DNA from: an uncultured Methanosarcinales archaeon
GTDB taxonomy: Archaea; Halobacteriota; Methanosarcinia; Methanotrichales; Methanotrichaceae
Assembly: GCA_963843555.1 (NCBI GenBank)
Contig: CAWJKV010000016.1
Coordinates: 45,700 to 109,699, forward strand
DNA: 64,000 bases
Direction of reading: 5' to 3'
The notes beneath the pieces were generated by a model. It saw nothing but the letters and a program-made list of their open reading frames with translations. It had not been told where the DNA came from and searched no databases. Numbering within the stretch: the stretch's first letter is position 1; each line of letters starts with the position of its first letter. This document shows, piece after piece, positions 28,686 to 39,030 of this stretch. A program made the translations under genes and the position numbers.

Positions 28686-28847
28686 ATGACAGAGAATATG
28701 ATCGCCCCTCCGGATGTCATTGTCCCTCTGGATGTGCCAATTCAAAATTGCCATAAATACCTGGAGAATTATAGGAATATCACCAAGGGCAGCGACCGGC
28801 TGATGCTCTTTGCCGGAGACCAGAAAGCCGAGCGCCTGGGAGATTAG
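28686..28847 (+). pseudogene. N-terminal fragment of an archaeal class I (DhnA-type) aldolase
   Basis: MTENMIAPPDVIVPLDVP...YLENYRNITKGSDRLMLFAGDQKAERLGD*. VPLDVP and RLMLFAGDQK match the N-terminus of this family as I recall it. Confidence 0.65.
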
Positions 28848-28850
28848 GCT

Positions 28851-29606
28851 TTGGGGGAGAGATCGGCGAGGCTGGTTCTGCTCAGACACGGAGAGAGCCT
28901 CTGGAACCAGGAAGGCAGGTTCACAGGCTGGATGGATATCGACCTCTCCGAAAAGGGAAGATTGGAGGCGAGAGATGCAGGACGACTCATGCAAAATTCC
29001 GGATTTATTTTCAACAGGGCTTACACCTCCGTCCTGAAACGCGCCATCAGGACTCTCTGGATTGTCCTCGAAGAGATGGATCTGATGTGGATTCCGACAT
29101 ATCCTAGCTGGCGGCTCAATGAACGCTTTTATGGTGATTTGCAGGGGCAAAAAAAGCTGGAGATGGATGAGATTTACGGCATAGAGCAGGTCCATCGCTG
29201 GCGCAGGGGCTTTCGAGAGCATCCTCCGGCAATGCCTGTGGGCGACGAGCGCTTCCCGGGAAATGATCCCAGGTACAGTCATCTGGATGTGGGTCAAATA
29301 CCGAGGTCAGAGTCTCTGCAGGAAACGCAAGAGCGCCTCCTGCCCCTCTGGCAGGATCAAATCGCCCCCGAGCTGAAAAGAGGCAAGAACATATTGATGG
29401 TCTCGCACGGCAATACCATCCGCGCCCTGGTCAAGCATATAGAGAACATCTCAGATAAGGATATCGAACTTGTGGAAGTGCCCACGGCAGTCCCGCTGGT
29501 CTATGAGCTGGACGACAGCCTGCGTCCCAGGGCTCGCCGCTGCCTTGGCAGTCCTGATGGCCGGAGACATCTGAGAAATGGATTTGGGCTTGGCAAAACA
29601 TTTTGA
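28851..29606 (+). CDS. gpmA: 2,3-bisphosphoglycerate-dependent phosphoglycerate mutase
   Basis: LRHGESLWN, FTGW, RLNERFYG and SHGNTIR motifs. Confidence 0.95.
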   Translation: MGERSARLVLLRHGESLWNQEGRFTGWMDIDLSEKGRLEARDAGRLMQNSGFIFNRAYTSVLKRAIRTLWIVLEEMDLMWIPTYPSWRLNERFYGDLQGQKKLEMDEIYGIEQVHRWRRGFREHPPAMPVGDERFPGNDPRYSHLDVGQIPRSESLQETQERLLPLWQDQIAPELKRGKNILMVSHGNTIRALVKHIENISDKDIELVEVPTAVPLVYELDDSLRPRARRCLGSPDGRRHLRNGFGLGKTF

Positions 29607-29630
29607 GAGAAGAATTTGGGAGAGTTGGGG

Positions 29631-30575
29631 ATGACATATACAGTTGAAATCATATCCATGGAGCGAAAAGAGGAGCTGGTCGATCAATATGGCGGCCGGA
29701 TACGCTATGAGATCAAGTCCGAGATTTATGGATGCTGCATCAAGCTCTTGACAGGCGTCACATCCGTCAAGGACGCCTGGGAAGAGAGCTTCTATTCCGC
29801 ATCTCAGAACATTCGATCCCATGGTCGGCTTTATGTGCTGCAGGATAAGTCCCAGGAAGAAAACCGGGTCTACTACGATCCTCAATCCAAGACCGGATTT
29901 TTGTTTAATATGGACTATTATGGCTGGATAAAGTCTCTGGCTCTGAGCTTGGCTGGCGATATCCTGGAAGATAATCATGGTATCTACTCTGTGCACGGAG
30001 CCTGCCTGGATGCCCGGGGTTTGGGCCTTTGCATCTTAGGAGGATCGGGTGCCGGCAAGACCACGCACACCTATGGTCTCCTGCGCAGCCCGCGAGTGCG
30101 CGTGGTCTCAGACGACTGGTTCTATGCCCGGATTTTTGGGGATGACGTTCTGGCCTATGGCTCAGAGAAGAATTTCTACATTCGTGCCGATCTGGCTGAC
30201 ATCTGGAAGGAGTTCTCAGGCCTTGTGGAGAAGGCAGTCTTTGATGAGAAGGGGCGTGCTGTGGTGGACCTGCGCTGGGTGATCGGCAAAGGACGCATAC
30301 TTCCCCTTACGACGCTGGAAAATGTGATCCTCCTAAAACGCGACGCATCGGAGGAGGAAACCGTTCGGGAGCTGGGAGGCGAGGAGGCCCTGCAGATCAT
30401 GGAAGCGAATGAATACTTCAATCCTCACCTGTTGGTGCATAGCGACTTCAAGCGCCGCCTGCGCAGCCGCTTCTTCCGGTCACTGTTTGCCCGCGCGAGG
30501 GTGCATGAGGTCAATACCAGGGGCACGCCAGAGGAGAGCCAGAGAATAATAAGGGAGATTGTGGGGATCGAGTAA
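29631..30575 (+). CDS. HPr-kinase/PEPCK-like P-loop protein
   Basis: VHGACLD, GGSGAGKTT (Walker A) and VSDDW. Confidence 0.8.
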   Translation: MTYTVEIISMERKEELVDQYGGRIRYEIKSEIYGCCIKLLTGVTSVKDAWEESFYSASQNIRSHGRLYVLQDKSQEENRVYYDPQSKTGFLFNMDYYGWIKSLALSLAGDILEDNHGIYSVHGACLDARGLGLCILGGSGAGKTTHTYGLLRSPRVRVVSDDWFYARIFGDDVLAYGSEKNFYIRADLADIWKEFSGLVEKAVFDEKGRAVVDLRWVIGKGRILPLTTLENVILLKRDASEEETVRELGGEEALQIMEANEYFNPHLLVHSDFKRRLRSRFFRSLFARARVHEVNTRGTPEESQRIIREIVGIE

Positions 30576-30886
30576 AATAGTTTTAATTTTTGATTTGGAG
30601 GACCAATGTGTAGGAACAGTCTGGTGGTATTTAGCATCTTCAAATGCCAAACTATTGTTTGAATCCCGCTCTTAACCGCCGACGATGAGAGATTGGCATC
30701 CGGAATTGAGCCAACTTCTGAGATATATATATTTATTTTAGCATTAATTTCAAAAGTTACATAATATTGACTTCTTAGAAGATGTCAGTAATAATATGCA
30801 TTAGAAAATGTTAGGAAATATGCCGATTGCTTAGTTGGATAAAGTATATCACCTACATAAGCTATCTATTATTGGGAAGGTAAAAT

Positions 30887-32782
30887 ATGTCTTCAAAAGG
30901 AGTTATTACAATGATGTTGGTCCTGGTCTTTCTTATTCCAGGCGCCTATAGCGTCAGCGTCAGCATAGCTGGCAGCCAAAGTGGAAGTAGTTTTTCTGAT
31001 ACAACGACATTCAGCACTCAGAATAGTGATAGTTTAAGGGTTCATAGTATTGTGGACGGCGCGGCAATGGAGCAGTATGCCAGTGGCAGTGGCAATTTAC
31101 ATAAGAGCTTCGGCGCCAGTAACCATCGGGGAGAAAAAGCACAGATAACTGCAGATGTTGTCAATGCAGGCAGCTGGGAATACACTCAGCCCCTCATGGC
31201 CGTGGATGACACAACCGCTTCGGTGACCGGATTTGTCTTGACTGCCAATGATGCATATACGATAAGATGCAATACCATCGCTTCAGACAGGCGAGGTGAT
31301 AAAGCCAGTGCATCCGTAGAGGTTTACCGGGGGTCGCTCTACAATTATCATGGAGATGCCTTTGCATCTTCTGGTGGAGTCCTGGCAGTGCAGTCATTTG
31401 AGGATGCAAGAGGTGCCAAGGTCGCAGTAAGGGAAAGAGCTTCGAACCAAATTGGAACTGCAACCACAAACACAGATATACAAAATGGTGGCATCCTCGG
31501 TTACGATAACCTGGACCTTACCTTTGCAGACCCGAAGTCCATGAGGACAGGTGGCCAGTTTGAGAATGCATATGGGAGTATAATCGGGTCCGAGTCATCC
31601 GCTTACCGAACATGTGGATTTAGATCGAATGCAAAGATGGATGTTGTCGGCACAAAAACCCAAAATGGCCAGGTGTCGGGATATGGTAGTGCCGCTGGTG
31701 TCGGTATTACTGATGGAGCCGGTCTTATTTTCGAGACAGGAGCTCAGCAGATTCTGTCTGGAGAGGCACGGGGGAATACGATTGGCCTTTCAGCCTCTTC
31801 ATCAAATTCCGAGAAAGATATGTCGAGCTTGAAGACGGACATCCGGGGTACAAAAACAGAGCCCGGATTCATCAACAGGTACGCGGATCTCACCGAGTCA
31901 TTCCGGGACAGCGTGTTTGCGGACAATCTCTTCCGCCAGACAGAAGGAAATGAGATCTACCTTTCGTCCTCCTCTTCAAACAAGAAGAATGATAGAGCGA
32001 ATGCTAACATGAATGCTGTGGGTGAAGGACAGATCATTAACTATATGGGCTCATCCAGTGCGTTTGCACAGGCAGCATCAGCCAGCAATGACATCGTTGA
32101 TGGAGCTGTCGCGGGAAAGAAAATCGAATTTGATTCAACGGCGTTTGATGCTGCAAGAGATAGAGCTGCCTCAAGCACTAAAGTACTCGATGGATCAATC
32201 ATTGGCACGGTATCGAATAGCGCCGAGTCATTCGGGGAGGGCGTGTCTGCATTCAATTTCTTCAGCCAGGCAGAAGGAAATGAGATCTATCTTTCGTCAT
32301 CCTCATCAAATAGAAAGAATGATAGGGCAAACGCCAACATGCATGCTGTCGGCGATGGGCGAATCACCAACTATGTAGGCTCAGCCAGTGCGACTACACA
32401 GACCGCAACCGCGAGCAATAACATTTTTGACGGAACTTTAGAGGGAAAGAAAATCGGATTTGATGTATCTGCATTCGATGCCGCAAGAAATAGAGCTATC
32501 TTAAACACTGAGGTTCTGGGTGGATATATCTCGGGCACGATATTAAGTAGCTCTGATATAACTGCAGACGAGTTAACTGCATCCAATATCGGCAATGATG
32601 TATCAGGAAGCTCGATGCGAGTAATATATGATGGCAAAGAGGTGGCAACGGGGGAAACTGCACACGGTACGATCAACATCCCCAATCCTTCAAACCTCCC
32701 CTATTCCATAGTTCTAACCATAAATAGAACATCAACGGGGCAATTCAATAAGTATGGCGGATCTGCAAGCACAAGTAAATGA
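30887..32782 (+). CDS. Secreted S/A/G/N-rich protein with internal ~110-aa repeats
   Basis: Signal peptide. QxEGNEIYLSSSSSNxKNDRANANMxAVGxGxIxNY is repeated 330 nt apart (about 31893 and 32223). Confidence 0.8.
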   Translation: MSSKGVITMMLVLVFLIPGAYSVSVSIAGSQSGSSFSDTTTFSTQNSDSLRVHSIVDGAAMEQYASGSGNLHKSFGASNHRGEKAQITADVVNAGSWEYTQPLMAVDDTTASVTGFVLTANDAYTIRCNTIASDRRGDKASASVEVYRGSLYNYHGDAFASSGGVLAVQSFEDARGAKVAVRERASNQIGTATTNTDIQNGGILGYDNLDLTFADPKSMRTGGQFENAYGSIIGSESSAYRTCGFRSNAKMDVVGTKTQNGQVSGYGSAAGVGITDGAGLIFETGAQQILSGEARGNTIGLSASSSNSEKDMSSLKTDIRGTKTEPGFINRYADLTESFRDSVFADNLFRQTEGNEIYLSSSSSNKKNDRANANMNAVGEGQIINYMGSSSAFAQAASASNDIVDGAVAGKKIEFDSTAFDAARDRAASSTKVLDGSIIGTVSNSAESFGEGVSAFNFFSQAEGNEIYLSSSSSNRKNDRANANMHAVGDGRITNYVGSASATTQTATASNNIFDGTLEGKKIGFDVSAFDAARNRAILNTEVLGGYISGTILSSSDITADELTASNIGNDVSGSSMRVIYDGKEVATGETAHGTINIPNPSNLPYSIVLTINRTSTGQFNKYGGSASTSK

Positions 32783-32812
32783 TCTCATTTAGGGAAGAAA
32801 TGATCGGTTAGA

Positions 32813-32841
32813 GAGCCTTGAAAGAGGCTCACCTCCTTTTT
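32813..32841 (+). terminator. Hairpin plus T-tract
   Basis: GAGCCT-TGAAAG-AGGCTC followed by CCTTTTT, downstream of the 30887 gene. Confidence 0.45.
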
Positions 32842-33455
32842 CCATGATCATATGCTGAACCGATCTCTATCCGAGCGGATTGAACTGGAAACATCTGCTC
32901 GAGGCAATGAACTCAAATCCCAATGCTCAATTTTAATATTTGGATTTTTTGAAATCATGCAACAAAGCATGCCAAAGACCTGGGGAAAACGAATAGAAGG
33001 GGGGCAAAAGTCTGAAGGTGTAGGAGGGAGAAAAGAAACCATCGACCTTTGCCTTATATCTACTAGTCATTTGTCGATATTTAAGGTTTTCGCCTATGAA
33101 TACGAACCAAGCCTTCGTGCAAGATACCGCTCAAAAAAAGGGAATGAACGAGCCTCGGGCAGGCCAGCACCCACAGCGCCTTCCTCAGAGGAGACTACCA
33201 CCGCAGTATCGGCGCTTGAACCGCCCAGGACTTCGATCCATCAAAGCCGTGCTACACAGGCTGAAGTACTGCATGCTTCGCTCATATGGCCCGCACTTTC
33301 TGGCCTTGCTGGTGTCAGCTCTATCTGTTTGCTTTGCCTAATGCCCCCTCCCGAGGCAAGCACCTCTTTAGCCCGAAGGATGCGAGTCCCGGTGGGCTCG
33401 GCTTCGAAATTTATGCCATCAGAACTCTTTCGTCGGGGAACCGGTCTGACTTTTC

Positions 33456-35303
33456 TCACAACTCCATTTTCCCCTTGTGTCTCTTCCTCTCCAGACCCCA
33501 CCCACGCACGCTCGCAGGACGCAATGGGATGAGGCATTGCCTTCCCTCGCCCATCAGATCCAGCCTTCCTGCCATCTTCAAGCCCTCCTTGACCAGATCA
33601 TAGTTCTTAGGGTCCCGGTATTGCAGCATAGCCCGCTGAATCCTCTTCTCCCGGCCTCTGGGCACGTGCACAGGCTCGAGCGTGAAAGGATCAATGCCCG
33701 TGTAGTACATGGCAGTGGAGACTGTCATGGGTGTGGGGGTGAAGTCCTGCACCTGCTCAGTGTACATATGATTGTCTCGCAAAAACTCTGCCAGCTCAAC
33801 CATATCCCCAACGGTGCACCCGGGATGGCCGGACATGAGATAGGGCAAGAGGTACTGCTCCTTTCCCACAGCCTTGGAGGCGTCTCGAAAGCGCTCCCGG
33901 AAGGCCTGCAAGACCTCTTGAGGGGGCTTATGCATGCACTCTGTAACACTTCGGGTGATATGCTCCGGGGCTATCTTGAGGTGACCGGAGACGTGATACC
34001 GGCAGAGTTCCTCCAGATAGGGAGAAGAGTCTGCCATCACCAGATCGTGCCTTATCCCCGAGCCGATGAAGACTCTTTTTACTCCCGGAATCTTGCGAAG
34101 CCGGCGCAGCAGCTCTACCTGACGGGAATGATCTTTGTCCAGAGTCGGACACTCTGCTGAGCACAACTTTTCGGGGCATGCGCCCTGCTTCCAGCGTGGG
34201 CAAATAAGGCCGTACATGTTGGCCGTCGGCCCGCCCACATCCTGGATGATGCCTTTGAAGCTTGACATATGAGTCATCCTCACTGCCTCGCGCACGATGG
34301 AGTCCAGACTCCTGCTCTGCACAATTCTGCCCTGGTGGTGTGTCAGGGCACAAAATGAGCAGGATCCGAAACATCCCCTGTGGCTGGTGATGGAAAACTT
34401 GACCGGCTCCAGGGCAGGAATGGGTTCCCGGTAAGAGGGATGGGCCTCACGAGCGTAAGGCAGCTCGTAGATGTGGTCCAGCTCCTCCGCGGTTAATGGC
34501 AGAGCCGGACGGTTTTGGATGATGACGGTCTTGGGGTGGGGCTGGACGACTGTGCGGCCGCGAAATGGGTCCTGTTCCCCAAAATGCATGGCGAAGGCCT
34601 CAGCATATTTTCTCTTGTCTCTGGAGATATCTATGAAACCGGGAATTACAAGGCAGTCCGAACGCGGCGCATTTCTCCAGCTGCCGATCTCTTCTTTCAC
34701 CGTCGTCCCTGCAATATCTCTGATCTCTTCAATTCGCTCCCCTTTTTCCAGGCGCAGGGCCACTTCTCCGAGTGGCTTCTCTCCCATGCCATAGACCAGG
34801 AGATCGGCCGGCGCATCAGCCAGAATGGACTGTCGAACCGAGTCCGACCAGAAGTCGTATTGAGCAAACCTGCGCAAGCTGGCCTCGATTCCGCCTATTA
34901 TGATCGGAACTCCAGGAAAGAGGGCGTGAATCTTGTTTGCATAAACTATCACAGCCCTGTCTGGCCGGCAAAGAGCTCCCGCTGGCGAATAGACATCCGA
35001 ACTGCGGCGTTTGAGATTGGGCGTGAAGTTGTTCACCAGAGAGTCTACGTTCCCAGAGGATACGCCAAAAAAGAGGCGCGGCCAGCCCAGCTTCAGGAAG
35101 TCGTCATCTCTTTTCCAGTCCGGCTGGGCGATTATGCCCACTGTATAGCCCGCATCCCAGAGCACCCGGCCGATTAGAGCCGCCCCAAAAGAGGGATGAT
35201 CGACATAAGCGTCTCCGCTTATCAGAATAACATCAAACTGTTCTATCCCCAGGATCTTCGCTTCTTGTAGGGACATGGGAAGTATTCGGGGCTGCTTTAT
35301 CAT
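33456..35303 (-). CDS. YgiQ/UPF0313 family radical SAM protein
   Basis: GDAYVDHPSFG, GGIEASLRR, HRGCFGSCSFC and QVQDFTPTP motifs. Confidence 0.93.
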   Translation of the reverse strand: MIKQPRILPMSLQEAKILGIEQFDVILISGDAYVDHPSFGAALIGRVLWDAGYTVGIIAQPDWKRDDDFLKLGWPRLFFGVSSGNVDSLVNNFTPNLKRRSSDVYSPAGALCRPDRAVIVYANKIHALFPGVPIIIGGIEASLRRFAQYDFWSDSVRQSILADAPADLLVYGMGEKPLGEVALRLEKGERIEEIRDIAGTTVKEEIGSWRNAPRSDCLVIPGFIDISRDKRKYAEAFAMHFGEQDPFRGRTVVQPHPKTVIIQNRPALPLTAEELDHIYELPYAREAHPSYREPIPALEPVKFSITSHRGCFGSCSFCALTHHQGRIVQSRSLDSIVREAVRMTHMSSFKGIIQDVGGPTANMYGLICPRWKQGACPEKLCSAECPTLDKDHSRQVELLRRLRKIPGVKRVFIGSGIRHDLVMADSSPYLEELCRYHVSGHLKIAPEHITRSVTECMHKPPQEVLQAFRERFRDASKAVGKEQYLLPYLMSGHPGCTVGDMVELAEFLRDNHMYTEQVQDFTPTPMTVSTAMYYTGIDPFTLEPVHVPRGREKRIQRAMLQYRDPKNYDLVKEGLKMAGRLDLMGEGRQCLIPLRPASVRGWGLERKRHKGKMEL

Positions 35304-35412
35304 TCACACTTAAGAGGCCTCGTGGCATCATAAACTCTTCCCAATCGGTAACGCTTTTGTTTTTATACTTAATGGTACCTATAATTATAAGATCTAATTC
35401 AGGAGTCGGTGA

Positions 35413-37365
35413 ATGCCCAGAGAGACAGTTATAGGCAATGGCCGCATCGCCATCGCCTTTGACGGCAAAATGAATATCAGAGATTTCTTCTACCCCAGGG
35501 TAGGTCTGGAAAATCACCTCTTGGGACATTTTCTGAGGATGGGCATCTGGGCAGACGGCCAGTTTCGCTGGTCTGACGATGGCTGGGATGTGGAGACGGG
35601 CTACATGCCGCAGACTCTGGTAGGCAGATGTCGAGCAAAGCATGAGGAGCTAGGCCTTCAGCTGGAGACTAATGACGGAGTGCATCACTCCCTGGACGTG
35701 CTTCTGAGAAAGGTTACCATTCGCAACCTTTCAGCTTCGCATAGGAAGATAAGGCTCTTCTTCACCCACGACTTTCACATCTATGGAGACTCCGTGGGCG
35801 ATACTGTGATGTATGAGCCTGTCCTCGATTCCATAATCCATTACAAGCGCAATCGTTATTTTCTCATCAGTGGGTTCGCCCAAAAGAAAGGATTGCACCA
35901 GTTTGCCACGGGCTACAAAGAGCAGCCGGGCAGGGAAGGAACCTGGAGAGATGCCGAAGACGGACTTCTGGAAGGAAATACCATAGCCCAGGGCTCTGTT
36001 GACTCAGCCGTCTCCTTTGAACTCAATCTACTGCCCAATTCCGTGGGGTCGGTTCATTACTGGATAGCCTGCGCCCGCAGCCTGAAACAGGTTCTGGACC
36101 TAACCCTAAAAGTCAAAGAGATAGGGGTCGAGCAGCTATTAATGGAGACGGAAAACTACTGGGCGGCCTGGCTGAACAAGAAGAGCATCAGTCTTGCCAG
36201 ACTGCCTAGAAACATCCTCACTGCCTACAAAAACTCGCTTCTCATCATGCGATCCCATGCCGACAGCCAGGGAGGGATAATTGCCTCCACTGATTCGAAC
36301 ATTCTGCAGTTCAGCCGGGATACCTACTCCTACGTCTGGATGAGAGACGGAAGCATCGCGAGCATGGCCTTCGACATGGCAGGTTTTCCGGAGGTAACCA
36401 GACGCTTCTTCCGGTTCTGTAATGAAGTGATAACAGAGGATGGCTTCTTTCACCACAAATATTCGCCGGACGGATCTGTGGGAAGCAGCTGGCTGGCAGC
36501 TTCCGGATTTGAGGGCCTTGCCATCGAAGAGGATGAGACAGCCCTGGTCCTTTATGCCCTCTGGAAGCACTTCCAAAAATTTCGTGACATAGAGTTCATA
36601 GAAGAGGTCTACCCCAATCTGGTCTTGAAAACAACCGATTTCCTGCTGAAGTACATCGATCCGAGGACCGGCCTTCCCAGGCCCTCCTTCGATCTCTGGG
36701 AGGAGAAATATGGCGTATTCACATGGACGGCAGCAACAGTCTACGCGGGGTTGTGGGCGGCTGCCAAATTTTCCCGGGTCTTCTACAACCGGGAACGCCA
36801 CGACGTTCTCTGCCAGGCATCCAATGATCTAAAGGCAACCATGCTCGAGCACCTCTACGATGGCGAGAGTCACAGATTCATAAATGCCATCTTCCCAGAC
36901 GGATCGAGAGATACGAACGTGGACAGCAGCATATCTGCAGTCTTTCTTTACGGAGGCTTCCAGGCGTCGGACAATGTCGTAGAGGAGACAATGAATTCAA
37001 TCTTCGACCGGCTCTGGATAGGGAAAGGCGTTGGCGGCCTGGCAAGGTATGAGAATGATGAGTACCAGAGAGCATCAAGAGATGCGACTGGAAATCCCTG
37101 GTTTATATCCACACTCTGGCTGGCAAGGTGGCATATTGCGCGAGCAAGATCGATGCTGCAACTAAATGAGGGAATGGAACTCTTGATCTGGGCAGCAAAC
37201 TCATCCCTGCCATCGGGAGTGATGGCGGAGCAGATTCACCCCTTCACAGGCGTTCCCGTTTCTGTTTCCCCACTGGTCTGGAGTCATGCCGAATTCGTCA
37301 TCGCCGTCTGCGAGTACCTGGAAAAGCAACAGGAGATCTCTAATAGCCTTTTGGTCCAGGGCTGA
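35413..37365 (+). CDS. Glycoside hydrolase family 15 (glucoamylase-like)
   Basis: YSYVWMRDG, EEDETA, DLWEE and PLVWSHAEF motifs. Confidence 0.92.
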   Translation: MPRETVIGNGRIAIAFDGKMNIRDFFYPRVGLENHLLGHFLRMGIWADGQFRWSDDGWDVETGYMPQTLVGRCRAKHEELGLQLETNDGVHHSLDVLLRKVTIRNLSASHRKIRLFFTHDFHIYGDSVGDTVMYEPVLDSIIHYKRNRYFLISGFAQKKGLHQFATGYKEQPGREGTWRDAEDGLLEGNTIAQGSVDSAVSFELNLLPNSVGSVHYWIACARSLKQVLDLTLKVKEIGVEQLLMETENYWAAWLNKKSISLARLPRNILTAYKNSLLIMRSHADSQGGIIASTDSNILQFSRDTYSYVWMRDGSIASMAFDMAGFPEVTRRFFRFCNEVITEDGFFHHKYSPDGSVGSSWLAASGFEGLAIEEDETALVLYALWKHFQKFRDIEFIEEVYPNLVLKTTDFLLKYIDPRTGLPRPSFDLWEEKYGVFTWTAATVYAGLWAAAKFSRVFYNRERHDVLCQASNDLKATMLEHLYDGESHRFINAIFPDGSRDTNVDSSISAVFLYGGFQASDNVVEETMNSIFDRLWIGKGVGGLARYENDEYQRASRDATGNPWFISTLWLARWHIARARSMLQLNEGMELLIWAANSSLPSGVMAEQIHPFTGVPVSVSPLVWSHAEFVIAVCEYLEKQQEISNSLLVQG

Positions 37366-37380
37366 AAGGGGTGCCAAGAG

Positions 37381-37713
37381 ATGTTCATGAAGCTCTGCGC
37401 TACCAAGGATGTCTCCCCTGGGGAGATGAAGCAGTTTGATCTGAAAGAGGAAGAGATACTGGTCGTCAACCTATCGGGACAGTTCTATTGCCTGGAGGCG
37501 AGGTGCTCTCATGCGGGTGCGCCCCTGTACGAGGGCTCAATCGAGGATGAAGTTCTCACCTGTCCCTGGCACTATTCTCAATTCAAGATTAAGGATGGAT
37601 CGGTTCTGAGAGGGCCGGCTGAAAAACCATTGCGAGTTTACCGGACAGAAATAAAGGATCGCCAGATCTTCGTGGAGACGAATGGGCCAGTGGAGAGAAG
37701 GCCAGACGATTGA
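37381..37713 (+). CDS. Rieske [2Fe-2S] ferredoxin
   Basis: CSHAG...CPWHYSQF. Confidence 0.93.
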   Translation: MFMKLCATKDVSPGEMKQFDLKEEEILVVNLSGQFYCLEARCSHAGAPLYEGSIEDEVLTCPWHYSQFKIKDGSVLRGPAEKPLRVYRTEIKDRQIFVETNGPVERRPDD

Positions 37714-37839
37714 AAAAATGTTGAATAGGAAAATTTGAGAGATCTTCATCGCATTTTTGGCATCCTGTCCCGACATCGATCCCTTTTACAAAGGCAAGTT
37801 TTAAGATCAGAAAGATCATAGTAGTAGGAGGGAGAGGCA

Positions 37840-38988
37840 ATGAAGAACAGACCAAGATATCTAGCCGTGCTGGCAATCGCTATAATCCTTCTGACATCCA
37901 TAGGTGAGGCCGTCACAATTGACGTCGCCCCCGGACAGAGCATTCAGGCGGCCATAAACAGGGCAAACTCTGGCGATACGGTCTCCGTTCAGAGCGGGGT
38001 TTATCGCGAGAGTTTGAATATAACCAGGCCGATTATCCTGGTGGGAAAAGGCCATCCGCTGCTGGATGGAAGCGCAATCGGCAGCGCGATAACCCTGCGA
38101 GCCGATGGAGCTCGTGTGTCTGGATTCGATATCAGAACCGTGCGCCAGACGGGGATACATGTCCTTTCCCGGAATAATATCATAGAAAATAATACCATAA
38201 GCGGTTGCCTGGATGGCATTCGCCTGGACCATTCCCGCTCGAACTCCATTGCTCGTAATGATATAAACAACAACACCAATGGCATAACCCTGTACGGCTC
38301 GGAAGGAAATACCATTGAGAATAATAATATCAGAGACAACGATATTAATGAAGAGAGCGACTGCGGCATCTTTCTGGTCTATTCCTCAAATAATGTCATC
38401 CGCAAGAACGATCTGATGGACAATGGCGACTGTTCCATATCGCTGCGCTCCAGCAGCAACAATACCATAATCGGCAACAATGTCACCGAGAACGATTGGT
38501 ACGGGATCTCCCTGTCCGAGTCCAGCAACATGAATCTGATTGCCAATAACAATGCCAGCAACAATACCGATGCCGGCATATATCTGGACAGCTCCCGGCA
38601 GAATCTCATCCGGCGCAACACGGCCGCGCATAACGCCAAGGGCATTTACCTCTCTTATGACAGCAATGACAACATCCTGGAAGAGAATAATGTTTCATAT
38701 AACGAAAAGGGATTGAATCTGGCAAATCACAGCAGCAATAACACCGTTGTCGGAAACACAGCCAAGGAGAATGGATACGGCATTTACCTATCCTTCTCCT
38801 CAGGATGGGATCTAGTTTTCGGCAACCACCTCATCAATAATGGCTTTAATGCCTACGACCTGGGCAAGAACAACCGCTGGGACAATGGCAGCGTGGGCAA
38901 CTACTATAGCGATCTGGGCCGGATCTTCTACGTCCCCGGAGGGCCCAGCGTGGATAGGCACCCAATGGCGGAGGTGCCAGGCTCCTGA
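37840..38988 (+). CDS. Secreted NosD/CASH beta-helix protein
   Basis: Signal peptide, SIQAAI and many GIxLxxSxxNxIxxN repeats. Confidence 0.9.
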   Translation: MKNRPRYLAVLAIAIILLTSIGEAVTIDVAPGQSIQAAINRANSGDTVSVQSGVYRESLNITRPIILVGKGHPLLDGSAIGSAITLRADGARVSGFDIRTVRQTGIHVLSRNNIIENNTISGCLDGIRLDHSRSNSIARNDINNNTNGITLYGSEGNTIENNNIRDNDINEESDCGIFLVYSSNNVIRKNDLMDNGDCSISLRSSSNNTIIGNNVTENDWYGISLSESSNMNLIANNNASNNTDAGIYLDSSRQNLIRRNTAAHNAKGIYLSYDSNDNILEENNVSYNEKGLNLANHSSNNTVVGNTAKENGYGIYLSFSSGWDLVFGNHLINNGFNAYDLGKNNRWDNGSVGNYYSDLGRIFYVPGGPSVDRHPMAEVPGS

Positions 38989-39030
38989 AGACTCAAGGAA
39001 AGTTTTTTAGCACATCAGTGACAACATATA

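Noticed and set aside
32852..33532. 226-aa ORF and overlapping short ORFs
   Set aside because: No recognisable motif, conflicting frames and overlap with the YgiQ gene end. I cannot support a call.
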